A stretch of 64,000 bases of DNA from Lingula anatina. Taxonomy: Eukaryota; Animalia; Brachiopoda. The translations under genes and the position numbers were made by a program. Where the stretch lies: positions 22,076,848 through 22,140,847 of the forward strand of contig CM120643.1 of the NCBI GenBank assembly GCA_051362555.1. Reading direction: 5' to 3'. Shown here one piece after another: positions 11,853-24,769 of this stretch. How positions within the stretch are numbered: position 1 is the first letter of the stretch; the number at the start of each line of letters is the position of its first letter. The notes below the pieces were generated by a model that was given only the letters and a program-made list of their open reading frames with translations, did not search any database and was not told the origin of the DNA.

Positions 11853-14131
11853 AACAAGGCAGCAAAGCTGTCAAACGTACAGACAAAATAACAGAAAAAA
11901 GGATGCAAAAGAGGTCATTTTGCCAATTTTGATGCAATAATAAACAAGCCCGTGGAACTTCAAAGTCACATATGTGAAACCGTTTAACTGGCAGTAAGAA
12001 TTACCAAACAGACTGCATTGCCTACTGAAGCTGTATTTTAGTCCCATGTTTCTTTCCTGTAAGTTTGAGAACAGTAAGTGACATGGTTTTACTTAAATGG
12101 TCATCATGGGAGCAGTGCCCAAAATAGATTTTTTTTTTGATGCAATATTACATAATGTTTAACAGCATAATGACCATCAATTTTAATAATAAAATATAAG
12201 TATCATGGATATTCAGAAAATGTGACTAGCAAAGGTCTTCAGGCCCATGGAACTTCAAAGTCACAACTTGAAAATGCCAAAATGTAAACAAAGACAGCAC
12301 TGTTCTGAAATGTTTTTTTTTTTTTTTTTTTTTTCATTTTTAACACTTTTTTAACATAAAACAAAATAAACAGTTTACTGCAATTTTTATATGATCAACT
12401 AAGAAAATTGATGAGATGGGAAAAATATCAATAGAATAGTGTTAAATGTCCAATTTCCTCCATTCTGAGATTCTGAACATAGTGAATGATTGAATCTCAC
12501 AAACTGCAATGATATGAGTTTATTTCCATTTTTGACACTTTATTACACAATACACGATAACAAGTTTACCATCATTTTTACATAATCAACTTACAATGTT
12601 GTAAAGATGCAGAAAATGTCAAACAAACACTTTTATGTATGTTATTAGTAAAACAATAAGACTGTTAACATGCCTAAGAATTCAATCTGAGGAAATGTGA
12701 AAAAACAGCATAACTTCTAAAATAATGGCCCGATTATGCTGATTTTCGAACTCAACCTGCGTTTTAGTAAGATTGACCACTCCTGTGAGTTTTATGACAA
12801 TTGGCCTATCTGTTTTTCTTATATTGTGTTTACAGTGTTGCATATATGCTGAAAAATGAAAAAACAGCATAACTACTAAAATAGTGGCCCGATCATGCCG
12901 ATTTTCGAACTTGACCTGCGTTTTAGTAAGATAGATTACTCCTGTGAGTTTCATGACAACAGGCCTATCGGTTTTCCTTGGAATGTGTTTACAGTGTTGC
13001 ATATATGCTGAAAAGTGAAAAAAAAAGCATAACTTCTACAATAATGGCCCGATCATGCTGATTTTCGAACTTGACCTGCGTTTTATGAATATTCATCAGC
13101 TCTGTAAATATAAAGCCCAAAAGTAAAACTGCCTTCCACTTATCGTGTTTACAATGAAAGTGCACGGCACCGGCGACGGCAATGACGGCGACGACAGACG
13201 CAGGTGATGGCAATATGTACAGACACATCTATATATATATTTACTGTACTGTTTGAGAACAGTAAGTGACATGGTTTTACTTAAATGGTCATCATGGGAG
13301 CAGTGCCCAAAATAGGTTTTTTTCAAATTTTGATGCAATATTACATAATGTTTAACAGCATAATGACCATCAATTTTTAATAATAAAATATTAGTATCAT
13401 GGATATTCAGAAAATGTGACTAGCAAAGGTCTTCAGGCCCATGGAACCTCTAAGTCACAACTTGAAAATGCCAAAATGTAAACAAGACAGCACTGTTCTG
13501 AAATGTTTTTTTTTTCCATTTTTAACAATTTTTAACATAAAACAAAATTAACAGTTGACTGCCATTTTTATATGATCAACTAAGAAAATTGATGAGATGG
13601 GAAAAATATCAATAAAGCAGTGTTAAATGTCCAATTTCTTCCATTCTGAGATTCTGAACATAGTGAATGATTGAATCTCACAAACTGCAATGATATGAGT
13701 TTATTTCCATTTTTGACACTTTATTACACAATACACGATAACAAGTTTACCATCATTTTTACAAAATCAACTAACAATGTTGTAAAGATGCAGGAAATGT
13801 CAAACAAAAACTTTTACGTATCTTATTAGTTTAATAATGAGACTGTTAACATGCCTAAGAATTGAATCTGAGGAAATGTGAAAAATATGCTGAAAAGTGA
13901 AAAAACAGCATAACTTCTACAATAATGGCCCGATCATGCTGATTTTCGAACTTGACCTGCGTTTTATGAATATTCATCAACTCTGTAAATATAAAGCCAA
14001 AAAGTAAAACTGCCTTCCACTTATCGTGTTTACAAGGAAAGTGCACGGCGACGGCATCGGCATCGCCATCGGCATCGGCATCGGCATCGGCGACGACAGA
14101 CGCAGGTGATGGCAATATGTACAGACACAGA
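11853..14131 (-). mobile_element. HINE/DINE-1-like element with its 3' end, plus an internal tandem duplication
   Basis: Minus-strand 3' end tgtctgtac-gttt-gacagctttgctgcc-ttgtt (sub-TIR, small hairpin, TTGTT) at 11853-11885. 5' microsatellite and half-hairpin at 13165-13230 and 14045-14131. 12060-12700 is duplicated at 13250-13885. Confidence 0.8.
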
Positions 14132-15724
14132 TTACACTACTAACATGTACAGTACAAAACATAAGCCCTTTTCACTATACGTAATAACAAATTTGCTGTG
14201 GTTCTGAGGGTCAGAGATAGCAGTATTTAGATGATAACTAAGCTTTATCTGTCTAATTACTTTGCAAGTTTGATTCAAACAACACGGATATCATATCATT
14301 ATCAACCTCCTGTCTGATATTAATTTGGTGTGTAAATTAATAACAAAGATGTGACGAATGTCAACTTCTTAATTACCTGAGCCCAACGAACAGAATATTT
14401 TTGCTTCGTCTTGATAAAAATTTGGATACACTGTGTGTGAAAGCTCCCGCTTGGTCCGAGCAAGGAAAGTCCTACAATAGTTACTTGGTTCGAAGAAGTA
14501 CAGTAGTCGGCGTGTTTTTGCGGCTCCCCAAAGGATCCATAGCAGGGGCGGATCCAGAGATATTTTCTGTCAGTCTTCCACATTAGGCCTATATTTGTTG
14601 ATCCATCCTCCATTTTTTACCGTCTTCCAACGATAAAAATTAGATACCCGTCAATGTAAACTTGAAAATCTGACCGTCTTCCGGAAGACCCAGAAGACAC
14701 CTTAATCCGCACCTGGTGACGATGCGCTGGACACACGACTGAGTCGAGCTCACTCTCCATTTCCTCTGATGATGATATTGCCGATGCTGGCCTACATATC
14801 ATTGGCCTCTCATTCTGCATGCAAGTTTTAGCATGGGGAGGTGGCCCCAATCATATTTGTCATATTTCCTGAGTATTGCACAACCGTTTCGTCTTAGTAA
14901 CGGTCTACAGAACAACAAAATATGCGCTTTGCTGCTTGAAATTAGGAAAATCTGCAGTGCATCCATCACGCGTTTTCCACCTCTGCTACTTGAAACTGTC
15001 ATGGCCGCCTACTCGAATTTAGTTTCGAATGCATGTTTACCCCCGTATTTGAACTTAGCATATACTTAATATCCAGGAATCAATGAATGAAAACTACTGA
15101 AGACTATTTCAGTTACTTAGTCCGAAAACAACGTTGAAATTAACTTAAAAAGTCTTGAATGCAAATCGAAACTGTGGGAAGCAAAATTGTTTTACGATTA
15201 TGTAGCCGGAAAATAGAAGAATTTGCGTCGCTGTTGCAAAGATTTTAGGGAAAAGGCCACGCCAGTGTTTTAATTTATGGTAGCCCCCCCCCCCCCCCCC
15301 CCCCCCCCCCCCCTTGTCCATATTTTCAGTAAATATCAGTGAAAATATCTAAGGTGCTCTACTAGTGAAAATATAAGGCTATTGATAGTCTGGGTATCTG
15401 AGGCAGTCATCAAGTGACCTCAAATAACCTCGGTAGTTTGTAACCATAGCAACGGAATTTTGATATAAATCTCTGTCGTTATAAAGATTATATATCCATC
15501 TTTCAATTGTAGCATTGGTCGAAGTAATGTATTGATCACTTCATGCACATTTGTGAAGTAAACTTCGGTGAAAAATACACCACTTACACAGTTGAAAAGT
15601 GAGACGGGAGCCACGCGAGGCAGTGAAATGTGGCTGTATCTCGACAATAAGCAAAATGAGTGTATTCTGTGAGAACCCAACCTTGCCGCTTTTTGGCTGA
15701 TTTGCCTGGTGGTTAGAAAAATTT

Positions 15725-16035
15725 GCACTTAAGACAAAGAAGTTCATTAACCCTTTTACGACTCAGTCATTGTACAGCATGTTGTAATCGATATTTAAAA
15801 AAGTTAATTATTGTACTCCGCTCTTCAGTTTTCATCCTGGTGCTTTCATCGGGGATACCTCAGGTTGAGGTACGATTACGTCTGATAAGCCTCTTTTCTG
15901 GTCCTCAAATCAAGTTCGGTCCCTTGGTTCTAAACTGTTTACCAGAGGCTCTGTTCTGGTCCTACACCTGTAAATGTCCATCATGACGTGTTCAAACGTG
16001 TTCCCCAAACGTGTCCTTGGCTGACTCTCTTTTGG
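15725..16035. repeat. Family A modules
   Basis: Matches 21900-22050 (direct), 23880-24020 (inverted) and 63160-63300 (direct). Confidence 0.75.
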
Positions 16036-17169
16036 GCCCCAAACTTTTTATGCGGTATAGTCTTCATTTGGAAACCTGCCAGTATGACGTTCGGGGGAGG
16101 GGAGGGGATTAATTACTTGCAGTTAAGCAACTCAGTTAACGGTCATTTGGTTGATTCGCGAGATCAACGGACTAGCTGGCTATTATTTCACAGCATAAAT
16201 TGAAAGATATATATTGCAGAGTAACCTTGTGTCGCAAGGATACTATTTATAATTATTTATTCCTTTCATGCTCTCATAGTCACGAAACACAATAAAGTAT
16301 ATAAGTAGAAAGGCTCAACTTGACTTTTTTATTTCAAATCGTTATTTCATAACACAATAGTTGCTATGCCCTTATGCTCCCCCTCCCACCCTGAACTCTT
16401 GTAATAAATATTCATTTTTTTTATATGAAAGATGAGAGCGTAAATTAACTTATCCCAACCGCTCATGTTTTGCATAACGTTTTTATCAATGTTTCATATT
16501 ACTTTTAATAACTGCTGACTGCTTTCCCTGTTAGAGGGTACAATGACATAAACCAGTGAAAGTAATGGAACGTGTCATATATTTATTCCGATATTAATCT
16601 AAATATATGTGGCTCACATTTTCACTTTTTGTTGAAAGTTTTTTCACATCGAACTTAATTAATTGGGTTGGAGTGTCTACATCTGTAGCGGTGTTTTAAA
16701 GGGTCATAAAGTGACCAATTTTTGAGATAGCGTTATGCGGGACTTAGGTAACTTTTATATAAACGGAAAATAATTTACTGTAGATTGATTTACAACTCTG
16801 CCTCCGGTCGAATGCAAGCCCGTAAGGACCAACCAAAATTAAATGCCCGTGTCTGGAGCGGGTGCTCTGTTTTCGTGGTTCTCTTACATAATTGCGTGGT
16901 GCTTCGTTAATCTGGCAACAAATGTCGCTACAGATGAGATGCAAATAAAACGGTAATGATCGACGCGAAAATGCCTTTAGTCTGTTTTGATGCTTTCCAT
17001 GTACGCACATCTACTATAATGTATAGGATTCGAAATTATCAACATCGGATTACTTAAAATTACCATCCAAAGATCATGTACATTACGGCGCGTACACACA
17101 ATTCGTTTGATTTGTGGTTTTTAATGAACTTAAATATAGATGCTGCGATAAAGACCATTCAACTGAATA

Positions 17170-17171
<2 letters not shown>

Positions 17172-17240
<69 letters not shown>
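17172..17240. repeat. (AT)n microsatellite
   Basis: Pure dinucleotide run. Confidence 0.99.
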
Positions 17241-17242
<2 letters not shown>

Positions 17243-18320
17243 ACGAAAAAGAAATTGAGAGGTCCCTGGAGTCGAGACAAATCTATGTTAAAGAATCCCG
17301 ATTCTGTAATAACAGCTAGGTTTGTCTCTTTTAAATTAATTTGAATTGTGCTCTATAACAAGAGAGGCAGTCAATGTGAGGGTCGGTGGCACTTTTAATG
17401 GGGGGACCGAGTATTTAAATTTACAGATTTCGGGCATGAAAGAAAATGTTGTGGTTTCCAGGGGTCAGTTTGTAAGATCAAAATTCAGGCCAGGGCGCTG
17501 TTCTGAATCTTTCGAAAATAATATAATCCATTTCTACTACTTGCACAAAACGCCTACATTTTGGCAGTTTTACAGTAGAAATAATAATTATGTTTCCGTT
17601 GTACGACGTTTTAAAAGCGTCAGAATGTTTTAATCCCTATCCTGTGAATAGAAAGGGGCGGACAAACAATGGAAAGCCGTCTAATCCCTTCAAAATTCGA
17701 ACGCAAAAACACAATAGTTTAGGCGTAATAACACACAATACCTTAGGCGAGTGAACCCCATGAGGCCTGTTTCTGTGGTCCAGCGCGAGCGCGAAAATCC
17801 GCTGTGACTAGGTGTAATTAACAGCAGGATACATCAGCCAGAAGGTGCCCATTGTTTGTTGCGGCGATAGGATTATAGCTTTAAGATGCTAGAACCCATG
17901 CTAACGCGTGCCACTCCCGTGGCCACCTATCCTTATGTTCACTAGCTTGGCACACGCAGCTGATCATGTTTTAAGTGTTGCAAGATAATTGCTAGTTTAA
18001 TTTAGTATCAGTTATTTAATTCAATATGAAGTGTTCTGTGGTCAAAAATTGAATTTGATAAACATGCATCAGCATCGTACATCAGCATGATCAACAAATC
18101 ACCCCGTCTCAAAAACTTTAAAGATGCTCCGTACACAAATTTTCATCATCGCGACCTGTGTAAAAATAGATTACTGTTTAGAAATAACAAAGAAAGAAAC
18201 ATTATTAAAACAATTTATTCACATTACAAGCTGACGTGTTGCCTCAATTACTACATTAAGTTACATTTTATATAAAATAATAGAGCGAATCCGTAAAAGG
18301 ATAATAATAGAAAATCTTAA

Positions 18321-18371
<51 letters not shown>

Positions 18372-18372
18372 A

Positions 18373-18544
18373 CAGGCCCGCAGCCAGGGGGAGTTCAAGA
18401 GGTTCGAAAGAACCCCCTTTTGCTGAAAAAAGGTCCACTCTGGGTAAAATTTGACATAAGTACATGGGGATTTTTCGGTAAAAGGTCCACTTTTTCAGAA
18501 AAAGACCCCCCACCCACCCTTTGAAATTGCTGGCTACGGGCTTG
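18373..18544. mobile_element. MITE in an (AAAT)n tract; mirrored at 59155-59323
   Basis: TIR caggcccgcagccag / ctggctacgggcttg, with A/T-rich flanking repeats. Confidence 0.75.
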
Positions 18545-19895
18545 ATAAATAAATAAATAAATTATTTAAAGAATTAAGTAAATAATTAGATGACATTACG
18601 AATCAAATAAAAAAGATAAAAATTAGATGGTATAAACCATTAAAAAAGGTAAATTATTTCAAATAATTTAAGAAATATATTATGATTTAATAATTAAATG
18701 AATAAATCGCTGTGAAGAAATAATCATTGTCGCAAATAACGCGGTGAGTGTCTACCCATTATCAAAGGCCACAGATAGATTTTCACTAGTTACCAGTATA
18801 GACAGATGTGTATCTGGTTATTTGATGGGACCTTTTGGCACGCACGTTAGGGGAACGAGCACATTAACTAACTTCTTTTAAGATTAAAGTGAGTGTCCTA
18901 TCATTTGAAAGCCAACAAAATATTTTATTCCACATTAGAGAAATTAGCCTCATAATTACATTTTAATTTTATAACTGGGTTTATTTAACTCTTCGCTGTT
19001 CAGTAACAGTTATAAAGGAAAGTTAGATTTTGCTTGTATGAAACACACTTTTAATTTTGATAAAAATCGACTGCGCATGCAGTATATTGATATAAGGCTT
19101 TCGATGATGATTGTGCATGAAACGTCAAGTCATTTTTCCTTCTCATAATAGTGCTGGGCACCCAGGTGTTGAATCTTTTACTCGACGTGCATCTCCTAAT
19201 ATTGAATAGGGATGATTTCAGGTAGTTCGGCAGCGATGACGATTGCGTTCAAAATGGGTTGTTTGCAGCATAACGCCCTTATGCTTTGTGATATATGTGA
19301 ATAAACCTAGCTTACTAAATAACTATTACCAAAGTGAAGCATGGCTTTAGGTTTAACAGTCCAAGATTTATTCAATATGGGCAGTTAACTTGGACCAGTC
19401 TTGTTTCATTAACTTTGCGAATGGAAGTCTCCGTCGTCAACGTACATTTCCAATATGATTTTACATCACTTATCTGATTTAACAATCTTATTGTTTAGGT
19501 TTTGTTTAAGGTTGTATGAGAAAAGATAATGATCGCGTTTAACAATAGATTGAGGGCTACAGTAAGTCCCTCCTCTTTGGGCGATCTCGAAGACTGTTAA
19601 TTCAACGTACTTTCATAAATATGTAGTGTGACCACACTGTCAGCCATCCCCCTTGTTGCACGTTGCAAGCGATTTGTCTCATAACTATGACAAGGCGTTC
19701 TTTTTTCTCGTTGTTGTTCAAAAACGGACCACTTTGTCAAGGCTAATTGCTTAGCTCTTTGCGCGTCATAATATGAACTTAGCTCTTTGCGCATCATATG
19801 TAAACGCTAAGATATGAATGTTATACCGGGTAGTTGATTGTTTTGCCCGGGCGCCGCACTTATGCTTTCTTACTAGAGCGATCTAGAACAACTAA

Positions 19896-20110
19896 GGCTC
19901 TGTTCTCACAACTTTTAGATCGATCTATCACCGCGGGGAGTCTCACTAGATTACTGTCAGATAATCCCCCTTAAGTGTCCGTCCCCGCCTACTACAAGCT
20001 TTAAGGGGTAATTAACTTTCGTGTCCGCCCGGCTGACAGCTATTTAGCGTGAACCCCCAGGGAGTTAGGTCGATCCAATGTAGGTCGATCTAATCTATGA
20101 GAATGGGGTG
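19896..20110. mobile_element. Harbinger-like MITE
   Basis: TAA on both flanks. Imperfect TIR around ttctcaca/tatgagaa and tagatcgatcta/taggtcgatcta. Absent from the homologous sites at 58021-58040 and 62461-62480. Confidence 0.6.
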
Positions 20111-23100
20111 TAAGTCGCTAGTTTTCCCTGTTTGTAACTGTAGCAAAATATGTTCGACAAGCCGTTTCTGCACGACAGCCGGAGACACAGTAATTGTATA
20201 AGGCATGGTTTAAGCTTGTTCGAGAGATAATAACAGTCGCGTTTAACAAAAGATAGTAAGACCCCCTCCTCTTTAACTGTTGTCTTACACTGTTAATATT
20301 GACCGCACTTTCATATATTATGTAATACACTGTCAGACTTTCCCCTGTTGCACGTTGGCGTTGGATTGTACTTGTGCCTCTGTCAATGCACCTCATTTAG
20401 TTTAAATATTTTTTCCGCACAAACCTTTGTGGTTAAGAGTTATTAGTTTAGTAGTAGGAATAGGATGCTTGGACAAAAAGCTTCTAGTCAACTCGCTTAG
20501 ACCTGGGGTGTTATGCTGTTATCATCCGAGGAAACACCTACACTAAATCCTCTACCTGAAGTCCCTAGCTGAAACAAAAAATGCCCCTTGAACCGGTCCA
20601 TTTTTAAAGCGTCGAATCATTTTTGATATCATTGAGCGTCTTTAAACGAAAGCTTTTAAGTGACAAAAACAGAACCGTGTGGTGATTATTTATTAAAGCG
20701 TAGGTTTATTCATCATGATCTATTTTGTAAACAATACTTGCCTAGATTTTACTTGGATTGATCATCGTCACTGTTTGGCTACACGCCTATAATGCGTGCT
20801 GAACGAGAGACAAGTTATAAATATTATCTGTGTTACTGTGTATATGACCACGTTAAGTTAAAATAGAACGGTGTCGGTGATTTAATCCATCCAACATATT
20901 TATATTTCTCCTTTTAAAACCAGTGTTAGGTTAACATCAAGTCAAAGCAAGCCTTGCAGATTGATTTTGTTTAAATTTTCGTAAATTAAGTAAATCTAAT
21001 TAAGTAAAGCCTGTTTCTAGTTCACCCACGCTATAAAACTGCATAAAGGATAACAAGTCTCTGTAGCCAATTAACTTTCACAATGTCCTGTGCTTTACAG
21101 TCCCATGTTATACAATAAAATGAGTATGGCCTGAGAGAAATATAAATATGAGGCCGTGTATGAAGATGTTTCAAATAATAAAAATCAAGAATTTAAACAT
21201 GTTCGGTACATGCACATCACTTAATAAGTCATTTCACAAAAATGGCATCTAATTTTTCAGATAAACCTCCACTTTTATCGATCTCAACGCCTTGTCTGAT
21301 GTTTACATGTAGGCGGTATACTCCAATATTGATTGCGAACAATATCAACAGCGACTCGAGATCGTTGCCTGTCTTTCACACTTTTACACAAACTCATGAA
21401 GGGTTAATAAAAGGATTCGCATTGCGACATCTATCTCTTTCTTTCGGACAAGCCAATTAAGGGCTGACCCGATGTAAGCTTTCATATCTAATTTCTCTTT
21501 GACTGTACAGGGGTATATTGTTATTACCCCACTTGGTCGCCTCCATTGTCTTGTAACAGTGACAAAGAATGTGTTTTCACACGCTAGTTTACATAACTCC
21601 CTTACCTTGTGTCTTTATCAAGGTTATAATCAGTTTGAATAGGTTGTCTTGCCTCACTTAAAAAGGGAGTTGTTCTTCACACTGGTTGTTGCCTAACTTA
21701 TGCTAACCTACTTTGTACAATTATGGTTTTAATACATCGCCAAAATTATGACACTAGTGAACATTGTGTATCAAACGTTTTGATACGATTAAATAAATGT
21801 GCAGGAAGGATTACGGAATGAGTTACTATTTACCCCCCCCCCCCCCCCCCCACGCGCCCCCCAAAAAGTGCTCTTTTGATTTCGAAATGAATTTGTTTTT
21901 AACGCAAAGAAGTCCAAAACCCCTTTCACGACTCAGTCATTGTACAGCATGTTGTAATCGATATTTAAAAAAGTTAATTTTTCTACCCCGCCTTTCAGTG
22001 TTTATTGTGGTGCTGGCTTTCATCGGGGACACTGCCTGTTGAGGTTACAATTACATCGCTAGCCTATCTCCATAGGTTACTGGAATATATCTAAGTACAC
22101 GTAAAGCTTTGTAAAGCCTCTTTTGTCACACATCATAGTTATTGAATTTTGTCTTGAATGAAAAAAATACCCTCAAATTATCGTTTTGTGCTTAAACATT
22201 TCATAACTTGGACCAAAGTTTGATATACAGTGTACTGTAGCTACAATGGCATTCCTCAAGTTGGGTCTGCTGGGGGAGGGGGGGCATTTAAATGGTAAAC
22301 GAAGAAGTCCACCTGCAAACAGCAGCGGTTTAAATGATCACTATCACGGTTCCTTTTTCTTTGACAGCATCATAGAAAATGTTAAGGGAGAAAGTCACTC
22401 ATACCCCCGGCGTTGTTTCGTCTTCAGCATTTCCTCCTTCTTGCTTACTGCAATTATTATCGTCAATTAATGAAACCGAGAAAGCAATTAAATGATGGCA
22501 CATTGAATATAATCACTACAGGTAGGTGCATTTCGCTGAGTGTTAACAAGATCTAGCGAAACATTTTATTTCAAAATAAATTTATATGTGATTTTACCTC
22601 TGTCGTGTGTGTTATTTCAAACAAAACGATTTCCTGAAAGACCAACTTTAAAATGTATGTCTATTCAGCAAAATAATGTTATTAAATACAACTATGAGTA
22701 ATGTATTTAAACTACGGCCATATATGCGATGGCCATGTGGGATTATAATTGCATACCTTGATGCAAAACAGTCTATCGTTTCTTCCACAGCGAGTCCCTT
22801 TAATTAATGTATTATATTACTCTTTACCCTTTTTATTTGACACTGTCTCCGTTTCTCTCCCCTTTTCCTTTCTCTTGTAAGAAGGAGGGCAAATAATAAA
22901 GCATTCGAAATATGCATCACCAATCTTCAGAAAAGAATGAGTGAATGAACCATTGGGCTGGCCCACAACGTCCGACACAGCAGAATAAATTAAGTAACAG
23001 CTTTCACAGATTTAACTGCATTTAGCTGTATAGCGTCACTATATACATAATCCGCTGCACGCGCGAAGCTGTTGAACAAAAGGATAGCTCTCTATGGAAG

Positions 23101-24769
23101 ACATTTTGTTTACATAAGTACTCTAAGGGGGCGTGCCTACCCAGGCGACAAGAGGATAAGGCTAGTCACTATATTCCGTCAAAATCGTTTAGCGACCCTA
23201 TCATTATCACACTCCCTCTATTGTATTTTCTGACGTTATAATTGTATCTAATCTTCTTACGTTAGATGGAATAAATGCACACATACATAATCTTATGACT
23301 GTAAAATAACCATACCTAAACCCTAAATCCTGAAAATTGAAAAAAAAAATCTGAAAACAAAACGCGTAAAAGAATAAAGTAGCTAGACTATCCTTCATAG
23401 GGAGCTCTTTACATAAATTGAAGTATTAATAGATTTATAAAACGTATGCAGTAAAAATCCATTATGCTGTGCCTATATAAGGGACTAAGTTCTGATTTAA
23501 GCTCTGAATCACTTTAGTTCTTGACAGTCCAGTGGACATTTAGGAAATTCACGGGAATAAACGCGTCCATATGAAAATAGGAGCTTATACTAACTTGAAA
23601 CGGAATAAAGAACGCACGATCATGACAGTGAGTACCCCCTCCCCCACATGCACACAATCACCCACGAATGTAACTGTCTTGAAAACAAGAAGCAGAGAAC
23701 GCCATAAATATTGTAGTAGTATTAAGCATCCTAAAGGTAGTCAAGCAGCAAAACTTTTGTGTTTTTTAAAAAATATGAGAATATATTATAGCAAATATAA
23801 TACAATTTTAAATAATTGAAATGCATTTCTTTCTAACATTCAGTTTACGTACGTTTATGTAAATATTGGAGACCATAATAGAGTCAGCCAAGGACACGTT
23901 TGGGGGACACGTTTGAACTCGTCGTGATGGACATTTACAGGTGTAGAACCAGTACAGAGCTTCTTGTAAACAGTTTAGAACCAAGGGACCGAACTTGATT
24001 TGAGGACCAGAAGAGAGGCTTAACATACGTCGCTAGCCTAAATCCATATGTTACTGGAATATATTTAAGTACACGTAAAGCTTTTTACTGCAATTACTAT
24101 CGTCAACTCATGAAACCGCGATAAAGCAATTAAGTGACGGCACATTGAATATAGTCACAAGGTGCATTTCGTTGAGTGTTTACAAGATCTAGCGACACAT
24201 TTTATCACCACGCGTTCTAATCTGATAAATCAGGGGGCGTTTATGCTGAATCGGGGAATGGAGAGATACATGTATGTCACTAAATGGGGAGATTCTCGAG
24301 GAGACCGGTAGTGTTGAAAGGTCTGAATAATTTTGCCTGTTAAATGTGAAGGCTAGCTTAGATTATCATGCAATGGAATCATAATTGCCTTAGATCTTCA
24401 GTGTGTGCAACAAGTGGCGCAACAAATGATAATAAAAAACGTCAGGAAGAAAACGAAATATAATATTTTGAAATTTAAACAGTCACTCTGGTGGCTTTGC
24501 GTCATGTCTATGAATCTGACATCTAATATAGCTCAAAATATTAGTAAATTCAGAATTAATAGCTAAAACGTAAATTGAAATCTGCCCTAATTTGTCAGAT
24601 AACAAAAAATGCCGGTGATCCAAGCGGAGGATACGCTTTCCTGACTGAAGCGGCGCTGAACGGCGACGGTGTTTTTCTGAACAACTTACCTGTGAACCTG
24701 TACAAGTTACGAAAAGCCCCCTTTTCAACAGGCGTGTTTTATTAATTAATACATGTCACAGAGTAAATT

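Larger units (their letters stand above)
17572..24700 (+). repeat. Family A modular repeat, type II copy (longest unit)
   Basis: Reverse-complement matches at 55190-60133, 60134-63890 and 50000-51510. Confidence 0.9.

Noticed and set aside
14320-15070. Cluster of short overlapping ORFs in GC-richer sequence
   Set aside because: No recognisable domain or consistent frame. It may be a TE relic but I cannot support a call.
20118-20396. Recurrent ORF MRCIDRG... (also 57745, 62192)
   Set aside because: It recurs only because the DNA is duplicated. Other copies have frameshifts and there is no domain signal.
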